DNA of 64,000 nt, from contig CM082596.2 in NCBI GenBank assembly GCA_040954595.2, forward strand, positions 11,400,454 to 11,464,453. Reading direction: 5' to 3'. The position numbers and the translations under genes are program-made. Position 1 is the stretch's first letter, and every line of letters starts with the position of its first letter. This DNA comes from Balanoglossus misakiensis. Lineage: Eukaryota; Animalia; Hemichordata. This document shows positions 37,501 to 51,200 of the stretch, piece by piece. Under the pieces are notes generated by a model, which saw only the letters and a program-made list of their open reading frames with translations, did not search any database and was not told where the DNA came from.

Positions 37501-40500
37501 GGTAGCACCAAGCTTGGATCAAGTGGTCTTCATTATCCTTCACACATGAACATGATCACACGGATGTGCAATCTTCTGACAGTCTGCTACAGATTTCACT
37601 TCCCACTCAAGTGTGTAAGACCCTAATGTGATACTTTTCATTTCTCTCACCCTTAGCGATCAACCAGTGTCTTCTAAACCCATGTCTGAATAACGGAGTG
37701 TATCAGCCACTTCAAGGCTCCTGCTCAATCTACACCTGCAACTGTCCAACCTGCTACACTGGGCAAACATGTGTTACATGTAAGTCACAAGTTTTTAGGT
37801 CCCATTGGTATGTACCATGGTACCTTATGGGATTGGTTACGTCTGTATGTATGGATGGATGGATGGATGTTTGTTCAAATGAAGATGTCATTGCCAAAAA
37901 TATGCAAATTAGCTGGGAAAATGTGAAATTGGTCAAAACTCAAAAACTGGACAACCACTGGTCATATTGATTTGAAAATTGGTATGCATTAACCTTATAT
38001 CAACCTCATACAATCCTGTATGTTTTGAGCTAATATTATCGATTTCCTATTTTTTATGCATTTTTTTGTATTTTTCCATGTTATTGGTAAAAAGTCTTTG
38101 AAATTTAGTATGAAGCTTCCTAATGGTTGTCTAAGTAACCATAGTTTTATTCAAATTGTTGCAAAATTTGCATATCTATAATTTTGAGTAATAGTTGCCA
38201 TTTTTGGTCAAAAAATGTTTTTCTTTAAAACCTCATGCCAGATTGCTTTGCAATTTGGTAGGCATATTCGTAGGGGTAACCTAAATAATATGTTGTAAAA
38301 AAATGTGATATTTGCATAAATGTGTTATCGGGGAAACTTTTGCAATTTTTGTCAAAAATTGTTTTCTCTGAAACCGCTTGTCCTATTGCATTGAACTTTG
38401 GCAGCATGTTCCTTGTAGTGATTGAAGTAAGATATTGTACAATTTTGGTGATATTTGCATATTTGTGTTTTTGCCACATTTGAACAAATATTTTCTGTGA
38501 AACTGCTTGTTGGATTGCTTTGAAATTAGTTTTTTCTCTGATTGCTTTGAAATTTAGGATATAATTTCATAACACATACCTGTATATGTGCAACTTTTAT
38601 TCAATTCTGAGATCAGAAAGATTAAATATTTAGCGAGTTTTTTTGGTAAGTTTCTTTGTTTTTGGTTAGCAAATCTTCTCCTAAACAAATTGTCCAGTTA
38701 TTTCTAAAGTTACTATTTACAAGGAGTTGTTACCTCAAACAAAGACATGTTTACATAACTTAAATAGGCCAGCTGTTACAGAGACCACCAGCTATCAAAT
38801 TTTAATTACCAGTGGCAGGTCAGTGTGTGTCTGTTCCAGGACTGACTGAAAGAAGTTGCTTCGCATGTGTGTTTGTACAGACAATTTTTGGTCAATTTTT
38901 TTTCTAGCACCACTTGTAAGACTGCCAGGACACATGACAGTTTATTGGGCATGTTCCTTGTTAATGTTTTTACATTCCATATTTCTACATGGTCAGATCA
39001 TATCTGCTTGCAAATGTCACCTGTAATTTTTATTCTGGTGTGTCACTGTTTCCGCATAATCCTCAAATGTCATCAGATATCCGAATGTGATGAAAACAGT
39101 GTGTTTTGAGTGTTTTTTAAATGACCTTTTGGGTTAAAAGTGGCAAAAATGGCAATTTTGTCTTGAAAGGGGTCAATAAGACTGACTTTTTTTGGAATTA
39201 GCACCATATTTTACATTGAATGGACTAGTCTAGGACTTTCCTTACCAAAAATTCTGTTTAATCTTCTGTAACATGTATACTAGTATACATGTAGCTGCCT
39301 GATAGTTTGCCCTGTGTGTGTAATTGCTGAGTGACATAACGCATTCTGTGATTGGTGCAGTCACGTAACCACCAATCAGATCGCTTGTTGTAAGGAGAAC
39401 TGCACGACCTTTAACCGCATTAGCATACCTGATTTTTAGGGCTCGATATTACCTCTGAGGACGCAATATTTAAGTTGAAGTTTTTTTTCTTTTATCATAT
39501 TAGAGCAAGAAGACTTGTTTTTTATGTAAAAGAAATAGACCCTAATATACAGAGTGCATTTTGAAACGATAGGCAGGTCCGGCCCATAGCCTAATTCTTC
39601 ATTTTTCTGTCATGCGTAGGAATTGATCAGTGCTAACAACCCATGTCAAAATGGCAGCACTTGCCAACCCTAACCTCGTGTGTGGCATTGACGTGCACCT
39701 GCCAAGGATGCTATACTGGGAGCGCTGTGAAAATTGTCAGTCAGTTTCTTTTGTCAAATTAATCAATATGTGTGGGACTGTTATACATGTATATAAAACA
39801 GAATACTGTGATGGAAAATTCTATAACTTAATGTTTCAGTGGATATATGACTTAAAGTTAGCAGGATGCAGTGAATTCAACAGAAAGTGTAATTTCCTCT
39901 TGTGTGAGCTCTGTGCGACTGTGCCAATGAAAATCTCACCACAAACAAAAATGACAGGTATACACTGTATATTAGCAGCTTTGTCTCTGTAATAGCCATA
40001 GTGTTTTGAAGTTGAAAACTTGCAAAGTGTGCAGTTTTATTCACACTACAAAGGAAACATTGTTGAAACGGATTATCTGTGTACATTGTCAAACTGTACA
40101 CTTGTCGTGAGATTTATTCTCAATTATATTATATCATGCTACCGTCCGCAATTCTGATTGGACGAGAGCTAAATCCAGCGATGCTAAAATACTCAATAAT
40201 GCACTGCTGGCAGTGGTAAAACGGGCTTTCTGTTTGCCACATGGGTTTGTTCTTTAGGTTGTTGTATGTGTTTACACTCAGCATGTTTATTGTAGAACCA
40301 GGGTCGATCAGTGAGGCAACTGCTGTTTGTTCTATTTGCACTGTTACTCGAGGCCTCCTGCCATTTGATTGTTGTGCAGTGAAGCAGTATTCATCTCCCG
40401 AGCTGTCTTCCACTTTATGCACAGCTTTGACAGTTTCATCCTTGTCTACCCTATTTGCCTTGCCTTTTGATCGGCAGCATTTGGCAAAATGGTTATGTTT

Positions 40501-43500
40501 GCCACACTTCCTGCATGACTTGCCTTTAGCTGGACATACTGAGTCATGTGGATAGGTGCCACCACAATAATAACAAGTGGACGGTCCTTTCGCTGGCTGC
40601 TGATGAGCTCTCTTTTGTTTATTTGGTTTCGGGCGTTGGTGGCGCTGTTTTCTGACCGCATTCACTGATGCCGTATCTGCACCATTATTTTGGGTTTTCT
40701 CCTCAATCCCACTAGCCTGAACCTCTGATACCTCAAATGAATGGCTGTACTCAGTATATTCTCTAGTGTCGTCTCCTCCCGAAGAGCACGACGTCTGAGA
40801 CGGGCTGATGTGAATCCTCGTATGATTTGTGATTTGACCTCTTGATCCTTTTTGGTGAAGTCACATATGTTTCTGCTAGGTGTTGCAAACAAGTGTGATA
40901 GGCATCAATCGATTCGCCGTTGTTTTGTATGGTGTCTCTGAAGATGAATCGTTCGTATTCAATGTTCCGTTTGGGTGAGAAGTACGACGTAAGCTTTAAT
41001 TTGGCTGTTTCACAGCTCGTTCCTGTATCTGGTAGAGTATCAAAGAAGTCGGAAACTTCCTCACCTGCCCAGTGCAATAGCAGTGCACGTTGTGGCTTGT
41101 CATCTGTAATGTTGAATGCGACAAATGCGTTTTCTACTCTAGCCATGTACTTTTTCCATCTCGTACTGGTGGTTGTCGGGTCTGAATGAACAGGAAAACT
41201 CGGCATTGATGGCTAGCTGATTCTCCATGTTCTCCGTCCTCGTCGCCAAATATAGAATCGTGGGTGGGCAATAATGACAACACGAGACACCAAGTCCGGC
41301 ATGTAAGAGTGAGAGTGCCTAGCCACGTTCACACACTTTATTCATAATGACCCGAATGTTGCATTACGTCATTTTACAGAATGTATAAAGTATAGATGCT
41401 CACTAGTGTTTGGACACTACAATATACATGTGACTGCAGTGTCTTTCCAATCATGAATTTGCAAGGTGTCCTTCGGAGAAAATCTTCTGATTCTCTTTTC
41501 TGATTTGCTTTGCATATTTAACTTAATGATCTAATGTGTTGGAATTCCCTGTCTCAAATTTTTGATGATCAGTCTCTGCCCCATTGCTCATCGTCCCAAC
41601 TTTCTTGTGTATTGAAAACCAGGAATCAACCAATGTGATCCCAATCTGTGCTTGAAGAGTGGTTTCTGCCAGATGACATCTGGATCATGTGAACTGTACA
41701 CATGTTTCTGTCAGAATTGTTACACTGGTGACCTTTGTGAACAAAGTAAGTTTTGATTTATTGTCTTGGGTTAATAATTTATACAGTTCAAAGTATCACC
41801 ATTTCTTTCAATATGTAGATTTTTTTGTTTTTCTCTACAAGTGTAATCAAGATCTGCATGAAAATTTGTGTCGCTGTCACCGAACCTAGCTAGTCCATAC
41901 AACCAACAGTATGAATCACCACCTCATACTGGGCGTAGCCATAGGCCCTAACCCTAATAGTTACGTACTTATGAGCATTTATGTTATATATAGTTCAAAG
42001 GTCACCAAGGTCATCTGACATTGCGGCGAAATGATTTGGTCCAATAGTTGTACCTGTCCACCAAAAATCAGCTCCCTAGGTGTATTAGTTAGCGTAGAAA
42101 TAGATATGTGTTTTTCAAGGTGGGTCAAAGGTCAAGGGGTCACCCGAAATTTGGCTTCTCATTTCGGCCCCTTGGTCAGTCCCTGTTCACTCCATAAATG
42201 GAGACGTGTTCTGCGCAACCGCAGTACGTGTAACCTCGTGAACTCAGATGTGCACATGCGTACAGCAGACCCTATTGACCAATGCAGACTAAATCTAATA
42301 GAATTACTACATGTAGTATATCGTGTATAATACACACGTTTGGCAATATTGCAGTTTGAGTGTTAGATGCAGACGTGTATACCCGATCTAAATTTCCGAC
42401 CTACACATGTACATGTATCACTGTTCACATGTACATACACCGTAACTGCGTTCTGAAAATGACATGGTATTTTCAAAATGTTACCCCAGATTACCCCATC
42501 ATGAAACTCACACCCATTGTCCAGCAGTAGTTAGTTGACTATCCTATTCACTCAAAACAAAAAGAACGGGTGTGAAAAAGTCACTAAAACAGCATTGATA
42601 CAGAGGTGTATAACACTGTCCATGATTTCAAGAGAAAAACATGAACGCAGCCCAGGCAGATCGGTCACTGTATGTGGCGATATCTTTCTAAGTATTTCAC
42701 TCAACTTGTACAGACGATGCCATGCTGTCTTCTGGAATGTGCTGGTAACGTCACACATCGAAACATATTGATGATGCCCTTCCCTGCGGCTCGGGCATCA
42801 TGAATATTATTAAGGTCAAAGATCACCATCCCTTGTGCAGGCAAAAGATCATGATATTGCCCTCGCTAACATGTGTTATTATTTAAATACGATGTTGTCA
42901 TAGCTTTACTATGCAGGTATAGTAAAGCATATGCCTTGGTCCAGACCCCCCCCCCCCCATGGTCAATGAAAAAATATGAAATATAATGATCAAAAATCTT
43001 CTTCTCAAAATCGGCATACCCTAATTTGAAAATTTCGCCCTTATATGGTCATCAGGTCACTTGACTAATTTAACATTCACGGACGTACTGCACCAGATCT
43101 CATTGGCCTGCATCATTGTGCCAAATTTGAGAATTGTAGGTTTAGCCGTTTTCAAGATCATAGTGGCCGATGAAAGTGCCCAAGAAGAAGAAAAATGCCA
43201 GCAATACCAAAAGGGGCCCCGCTCATAGGGGCTTGGGCCCCCAAAAACGCCAGTAATACCAATAGGGGCCCGCCCATAGGGGCTTGGGCCCCTAATAAGT
43301 CAGTTGTAAAGTTATTACTGAGCTTGAATTTCACTAGCGCCTAAAAGTAAACAAAAACTGATGGTCAAAGTATCACAAGCTTTATTTTGGTTTGATGTAG
43401 GATGTAATATGCTTATAGCACACTGCCAAATTAATGTCAACCAATAAGACCGGTAGGATATGATCGAAAACCACACGTATTAATGTGTAAAAGGCCGAAC

Positions 43501-43780
43501 TTCCCAATAAATTTGGGTAGCCGACTACAGAAAGAGTCGAACCGATGCATGAACTGAAGTATCAAGACACATGGACTATTATTTATTGTTTCAGCAATTT
43601 GACTTAAATTTATAATTTCCTATGGCAGTTTTTGCCGACAAGAATCAATGCCCGACCAAACAAAATGGACATTTTCACATGATCGTTACTGAGGTCACAA
43701 GTTAGCCAAGCCCTCATACACGCGCTATTCGGAAGTATCGGTGATCTGTTTATGTGTTTAGCTAAGGTGGTAAACTGTTC

Positions 43781-46411
43781 ATCAATCAATCAATCAGTCA
43801 ATCAAAAGGACTTATAGAGCACCAAACTCCACTGCAATAGTGTTCAATAGCGCTTTACAATGTAAAGTTACTGTTAATAGGCTCTGTTAAACAGATAAGT
43901 CTTGATGTGTTTCTTGAAACTGTCAAGGCTAGGTGACTGGTATACTTCTATTGGGACATTGTTCCAAATGAGTGGGGCGATATACGAAAAAGCATGATCG
44001 CCGTACGTTTTCTTCTTACTCCATGGTACATGAAGTAGAAATTTGTCATTTGATCGAAGAAGTCTTGTTGAAGTTTTCAGATGGATTAAGTCAGTGATGT
44101 AAGCTGGTGCTGTGTTGTTTAATGCCTTATATGTCATAAGCAAGATCTTGTATTGGATTCTATAGTGTACAGGCAGCCAATGTAAATCCATGAGAACAAG
44201 AGTAATATGATCCGTTTTACGGGTACGAGAAACGATCCTGGCTGCAGAATTCAGGGCATGCTGTAGCGGTTGAATGCATGATGATGGTAAACCACAGAGT
44301 AGTGCATTACAGTAGTCCAGTTTTGATGTGATTAGAGCATGAACCAGCATCTGGCAAACTTCCTTAGTGAGGTAACGGCGAATGTGGCTGATTTGACGCA
44401 GATGGAAGAAAATTGACTTGCAAATTGCATTAATGTGCTTATTGAAAGTGTAATTGTCGTCGAATGTCACACCTATATTCCGTGCAGAATTCACAATTTG
44501 AACACAACATGATCCAATGCTCATGTGGTTTATGGGACGAGGCGAGCGGTTGAACTGAGACCTTATCAGGAGTACCTCGGGTTTGCCACCATTGAGTTGA
44601 AGTTTATTATGTGTCATCCAGGTTTTTATTTCGTGAACTGCCCTTTCCATCTTGTCTAATGTACTATCCAGTGCCATACAAATATCGTTGTTGACTTTAG
44701 TAAGTGCTGTTTCGGTACTGTGATCCTTTCGGTACGCTGACTGCAGTGGTTCTTGTAGTGAGTTGGTAGTCAAATATGATGTCAGTTGTTGTGCTACAAT
44801 CTTCCCGATTACTTTTGACAGGAAGGTTAGGTTTGAAACAGGTCTATAGTTCTTGAAAATGTTTTTGTCGAGCGAAGGTTTCTTGAGTACATTGGTGTGA
44901 TGACTGCTATTTTAAGTTATTCAGGAACAGTTCCAGTTTTGAGTGACAAATTGATAATTGTGGCTATGATAGTGAGCAGATTACCAAGACATTGCTTAAC
45001 AAGTGCTGTAGGGATGAGATCAAGTACACGTGTTTTAGATGGAGAGCCAGAGATAACTTTGCTGATTTCTTCGTCTTTAGCTGTGTGGAATTCAGGAAGT
45101 GTTGATGAGACTGCTGGGTGCAGAAATTGGTAATCTTTTGAAGTAGGGTTTACCATGTCAAGGCTGGAACGGATAGACGTGATTTTAGTGATGAAATATT
45201 TACTGAATGAATCTGCTAAGTCTATTTTCGCAGTATGGTCAGGTAGAGTCTTTTCTTGTTGCTTGCCAGCCATGGTTGATATGATTTGAAATAGTGACTT
45301 CTGGTTACCATACTTTTCCTCAATTAGATGTGAGAAGTATGACTTTTTGGCAGCTCTGATTAAGTGATTGACATTTCTGCACTCATGTTGATATATCTCA
45401 CGATGAATCTCCAGCTTAGTTTTTCGCCACAGATGTTCAGCCTTCCGTCTATTCTTTTTTGCAATGTCGATTTCATGAGTATACCATTTGGTACCTGGAC
45501 GTATGATCACTGTACGCTTTTGAAGTGGTGCGTGGGCTTGAAGAACTTCACTGACGTGTTGGTTATAAGCTGATATGGCTGAGGAGAGGTCATTTGGAGG
45601 CTAGGACATTTGATGTATTTTGTCGAGATCATGGCTGAAACTATCAATTGAAATGGCAGATACGACGATAAGATATTTGACGTCTACTGTGTGTTGGTTT
45701 CGGAAGAGCAAGTTTTGCATTGACAGGATTGTGATCAGAGAGTTCCAAGCAGTCTACAGAGACACTCTTGATGTTAGACGCAGAGTTAGATAAGATGAGA
45801 TCAAGAGTATGACCCTTTCTGTGTGTTGGTTGTTGGACCCATTGTTTCAGATTACAGGCGCTGATGATTCCATTGAATTTCTGTGTTACTGGATTCTTAT
45901 CATCTTCTAGGTGAATATTGAAATCTCCTACGATGAAGAGATTACTTGAGCAGGTGACATACTTCTCAAGTGTTGTACTGAACTCTTCCATGAACTGTGG
46001 TGCGGTGAATTTATTCTTAACTGATGGTGGTGGACGGTAGACAAGAATTATTTTCATGGAAAGTTTCTGGTGAAGAATAGTTGCTTCCGCTGTCTCAAAA
46101 GATTTAACAGAGAGAATAGGCTTCCAAGCTGTTAATTTTAGTGCTAGCTTATGAATTTAAGCTAAGTCTTCACCGATCTTGCCAACCTCAGGTAGATGTT
46201 TGACAGCATAGCCTGGTGGTGTACATTCAGCCATTACGTGTTCGTCACCAGATTCCTTCAACCATGTTTCAGTGAGTACAAGAATATCAATGTCTTTATC
46301 TGTGATGTAGTCTGCAATGTCTAATGATTTGCATCTAGCTGAGCGGACATTCCATGTAGAGAGTAGAAGTTCACACGTATTGTGGATAGGGTGGATCTTG
46401 AATACTGCATA
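43781..46411 (-). mobile_element. L2-clade LINE relic, copy in unit 2
   Basis: Same ORF fragments as 14714-17345; the Gypsy element is inserted at its 5' edge. Confidence 0.92.
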
Positions 46412-47787
46412 TGTTACCCTTGAAAAATTCCAATAAAAACGATGGGCTAGCTGGGCGTGAGCAAACTCGACAAGGGTAATCAACAAGTTTCGTTCATGTG
46501 AGTTGGGTCGTAGGATTCGTGGTGATTGCGGTAGCTTTGGGAACACAGGCCGAGTGAAGGGTGTGTGGACAAAATGACACAAAGACACTTTAAATTCAAC
46601 GAAAGAAATATAATTAATAGTAAATCTATCAACATCCGAAATGTAAAAGGAGCTCTATCAAAACCTGTTTCCTTAACAACTAACACCTTCCTGAAGAAAA
46701 CTGGCGTGGCACAACCTGCCGCGAGTCCGGTCAAAGTTCAACAGTTATTAAACGAACGTGACGCACAATCGAGTTCTGGCGATGAGGGCGCTGTCCCGCA
46801 CTCAACAGTCGCGTCGATCCGCTTCCAAAATCCAACGGAGAGAATCCTCTAACAATCAATGCAAATATCTCAAAGTCCGCTCGTCGCAAACGCTCCAAGT
46901 GTATCCAGGCGTAAAGCGGAGCTTGATGACGAAGCGCTGATCAGTTCCGTGATCGGCAAATCGATCGTAGGGTCGAGTGTTCCTGCTCGTATATGATTCG
47001 TTCAAAGTTTGTAGACGTTGGGGGTCAAACAATGCGGCTCATTGCATTCCCCACACGCCGTGGTTCGAAGAACCTAGAAAGGCCGTAACTTTATCAAATC
47101 CAGTCCGATTTTACACGATTAGCGTTGATGGGGTCGTACTTACATCAGCTTTCGGTTCGTGAAGCATCGACGTTGAGAAACCTGCGCGAGTACCCGTAAT
47201 CGTTGGATCTCGGCGATCGGTGTCTCAGTAATCAGCGTGACAATAACAATGGTTCGTTCAGGTACAGCAGACCTGTCGTTCGAAATAGTCGATGAAATGC
47301 TTCTTACGTAGGGATCTCACGAAGACTAGCTCAAATAATGTTAGTTAACATCCGGCTCTCCTCGATTCCCATTCAAGATGCAATTTCGTCGTACGATTCT
47401 GCCGATGGTTCGGATTTTTGTGGAGATTCCACTCTCGTCAATACAATCGGACAACGGCCATATTAAAAAGTTCCCTTTTTACTCACTAGTTCATCGCCGT
47501 ATTACACCCGCCAAACCTTCGACTGAATACACGCGGTACTGCCTGGACGGAACAAATTCAACTTTCCAGTAGCAAATATTCGATCAATAACAATAAAAGA
47601 GCTTTCATACAGAAACATCATAACTCGAAATCGAATACCTAACAAGAAATACAGTCAACACCTGCGGACTACTTCAATTGCGTAATCACAATAAACAGGT
47701 AAAGTCAGTAATCAAAAATGTATCAAATATACGATATATGCGGGGTCATTCCACTATGCTCTGAGGGGTGCAAATTCAATGGTATCA
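46412..47787 (-). repeat. 3' LTR (1,376 bp)
   Basis: TG...CA ends. 46502-47787 matches 57710-58995 with one difference noticed (47666 G vs 58874 A). Purine tract GGGGGAG on the minus strand at 47796-47790. Confidence 0.95.
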
Positions 47788-48280
47788 CACTCCCCCAAGT
47801 CAGCATAGGGACGATTTACTATGCTTACTTCCCGACAAAAAACAAGCTCAATAAGTTTGCCTTCGTTCGACAATGAAACACAGAACATGAGCGTAAATAC
47901 AAACACTACATCAACGAGACTCAATATCGAAACATTCTCGTCGGCATAGGCATCGTGCCTGTAAAACGAGTGACTCGAGTCATCCTCAGATGCACTTTCG
48001 ATGAAACAAGCTACACAATCCTGTTGCAGTAGGGTAGGCAGAGTCTCGATCCGTGAACCTGAAAGAGTAATCAGAAAAAGGTAAGCGCGCAGAGTTCGCT
48101 GGGCAACACAGGAGGTGCAGGACCCTATGACGCGGCTAATCTAAATAGCAAATCTGCAAAGGTACACAAAGCAACCTTCGAACCGCACCCTCACTTACCT
48201 GGCATTCATCACGTATCAGATACAGTCAAGAATAGCTAATGTGAATCCAGTGTACACCCCTACATCCACATTCCCTATAC

Positions 48281-51200
48281 TTACATGTATATTCCACTGG
48301 CCATCATTTCGAGTATTTTCATGGTTATGTCGTGGTTTCTGCTATTCGACGAGGTCAGTCTTCCATGAGAAACTTCATCCTCATGATCAATCCTCGGTAA
48401 ATCAAAAGATGGCCTCTTCCCAACACTAGAATTCCTCAAAGTGCTTCTACCACCTTTGTCACGTTTGACCAATCGTGAGCACCATCCATAGTACTTGGGT
48501 GGTCTTCGAGTTCTCGTTGATCGACGCATAGGTCGGACCACACTTCCTCCTTCCTCGGCAATCGACGACTCCTCGTCAGCGTCAGAACAATCACCATGAT
48601 GGGTATCAGCTAAGTCACTTCCCACAATCGATGGCTGCTCCTTCCCCATAGTCTCTTTCCTAGTTCCTACATTTCCACTACTAATCGACGCATCAGTGAT
48701 ATTCACACCTACATCACTCAGAGGAATATTTTGATGTGTCACTTCTGCTCTGTCAGCAATTCCATCGGACTTCCCAGCAGACGATACGTCCATACTATCT
48801 GCACGCAAGCCTGTTACAGGATCATCAGGGCTTTGCACCTGCCCTGAAGAATCGCTCATATCCATCATGCTCGGTTCAGGAGAATCTTGCTCCACGCTCA
48901 CACATGCATCGTTGTCGCTTCTGTCCATAGAATTAAGCGTAACTTCAGTTGTACCTTCTAAGCGCACAGGTCTAACTCTCCCAGGCCTAAAGGGTCGTGA
49001 TTCAGGATTGAGCACATAGCCGCGTTCACTCTGTGAGGATGAACTTCGTTCCGACTCCGTACTCTCAGGAATGGCCCTATCCTGAGAGCGTTCACTCATT
49101 TCGTCTTCTGTATAACTCAACAGCGGTCGATCACAGCAAGGTTTCAGCAAATTCCTGTGGACCGTCTGTGTCTTCGAGGTTTTCGTTGAACGTATAACAT
49201 AAACTGGCAAATCAGGACTCAGCCTTCTCACCACAACATATGGACTTTCCTCCCACCGATCGGCGATCTTGTGTTGACCTCGTATACTCACGTTCCTGCG
49301 TAACACTCGATCACCTTCTTTAAGCACCACCTCTCTAACTTTCTGGTCATAGCGCTCTTTACTCGCTTGGGCTGACTTCTCTGCAGCTCGTTTCGCAATC
49401 TGAAATACTTTGTCCATCCTGGATCTCAAGTCGGCGATATACTTTGTCGGCGTCGTAGGATCCCTGCTTTCTGGTGACGTTCCGAATCGCACATCCAATG
49501 CTATCTTCGCATGTCTTCCGAACAACAAGTGGTAAGGTGTAAAACCTGTCATGTCATGAACAGTGCAGTTGTACGCATGTACCAACGGCTTCACATAATC
49601 CTTCCATCTAGCCTTCTGCTCGTTCTCGAGCGTACCCAACATATTAAGGAGAGTACGGTTGAATCTTTCAGTCTGAGCGTTTCCTTGGGGATGGTATGGC
49701 GTGGTACGTGACTTTTTGATGTCTAGTAACTGGCACAATTCCTGTATCACTCGCGACTCAAAATTCCGACCACGATCAGACAGGATTCGTTCCGGACATC
49801 CATATGGTAGCATGAAGTGTTCCCACAGGTTCTTGGCTGTCGTTTTCGCGGTCTGGTTCGGTGTAGGTATGGCTACAGCAAACTTCGAGAAGTGATCAGT
49901 AATTACCAACAGGTCTTTGGTCCCTCCTTTACTCTCTTCAAGGCTCAAGAAATCCATGCATAGAAGTTCGAGGGGCTGTGAAGTTTCAATACTCACCATC
50001 GGAGCACGTGTCTTTAATCCCGCCTCGTCCTTCCTTCGAGTACATCTCCTGCATGTACGAATGTATTTCTTCATATCAGCTGACATAAGAGGCCAATAAA
50101 ACCTAGCCCTCAATAAATCAATCGCTCGATCCTGTCCCAGGTGTCCACAGTCGTCGTGCACCCCTTTCATTGCCTCCTGGCGAAACTCGTGTGGTAGCAC
50201 CAATTGGTAGTAGACCTCTCCACTAGATGATGTCCTCGCTCCATACAAAACATCATCACGGAAACAGAACTTACTCCAATCTCTCAGTGCCATTCTGACT
50301 TCTCGCGGTTCATGTGCTCGCTGTGTCCTTGTCAGTTTACCTTTACCCCCAGTCTTCGCGTGAACCAAGGCTCGTATGCGCCGTACGGTCACATCCCTGT
50401 CCTGTAACTTCGCCCATTGGTCCATCGCAATCGTAGGTAATGTTGCTTCTCCTGGCATCCCCGGCGGTTCATCCATGTCCTTTGGTATCGCTCGTGCTGA
50501 GGCAGCTAAGGCTTCAATCCATGGTGTATCTTCATCTCCATCAGACAAACATGGCTCCCCCACTGCCTGCACCTCATCAGGAGTCATCGCTACAGTTTCC
50601 TGGAAACGTCTCTCAGACTCATCAAATCCTTGAGCCCTGCCATCGGGTCGTCGCGAGAGCCCGTCCGCATCACCATTCCTTAGGCCGGGTCGGTAGTGAA
50701 TCTTCAATTTATACTGAGATAAAGCATTCCACCACCTCTGTCCTGTCGCATCAAGTTTCGCTGTACTCGCTACGTATGTCAGTGGATTATTGTCAGTCAA
50801 TACCGTGACATCATTGCCAAAGCAGTAGTCACGAAACTTTTCCGTAACAGACCATTTCAAAGCCAGAAATTCCAGCTTGTGGGCCGGGTAGTTCTTCTCA
50901 CTGGCAGTGAGGCTCCGGCTGGCATACGCAACTGGTCGCAGTCTTTCTCGTCCATCTGCCTCTTCGATTGACTGGTATAAGGCAGCTCCTAGTCCTGTCA
51001 AGCTCGCGTCTGTGTGAAGCTCAAACGGTCGCGTATAGTCGGCGTAGGCCAAAACCGGAGCTGAAGTCAGCTTGTCAATGATCAGCTCGAAGGCTTCCTG
51101 GCACGCATCTGTCCACTCGTATGGGGGTGGTCGTTTCCTTTCTCCCCCATTTTTCCTCTTCGTTGGGTAACCTACAGTCAAAGCGTGCAATGGTCGGGCA

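Larger units (their letters stand above)
26560..38448. repeat. 1505-bp internal triplication (26560-28856, 28857-36943, 36944-38448)
   Basis: Novel junction AATTTTGG|TTTGTTGAAC joins the unit-1 equivalents of 8498 and 6994. It is seen at 28856/28857 and 36943/36944. Confidence 0.93.
22270..41745 (+). pseudogene. 8-Cys EGF exon array, copy 2 (14 exons because exons 7-8 are triplicated)
   Basis: Same exons and the same disabling stops and frameshifts as 2715-11795. Confidence 0.86.

Noticed and set aside
46157-46588. 143-aa ORF extending the LINE endonuclease
   Set aside because: Chance fusion of LTR sequence with the LINE fragment across the insertion junction.
46480-47572. Short ORFs within the LTRs and antisense to pol, gag or the transposase
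   Set aside because: No recognisable motifs; consistent with shadow or chance ORFs.
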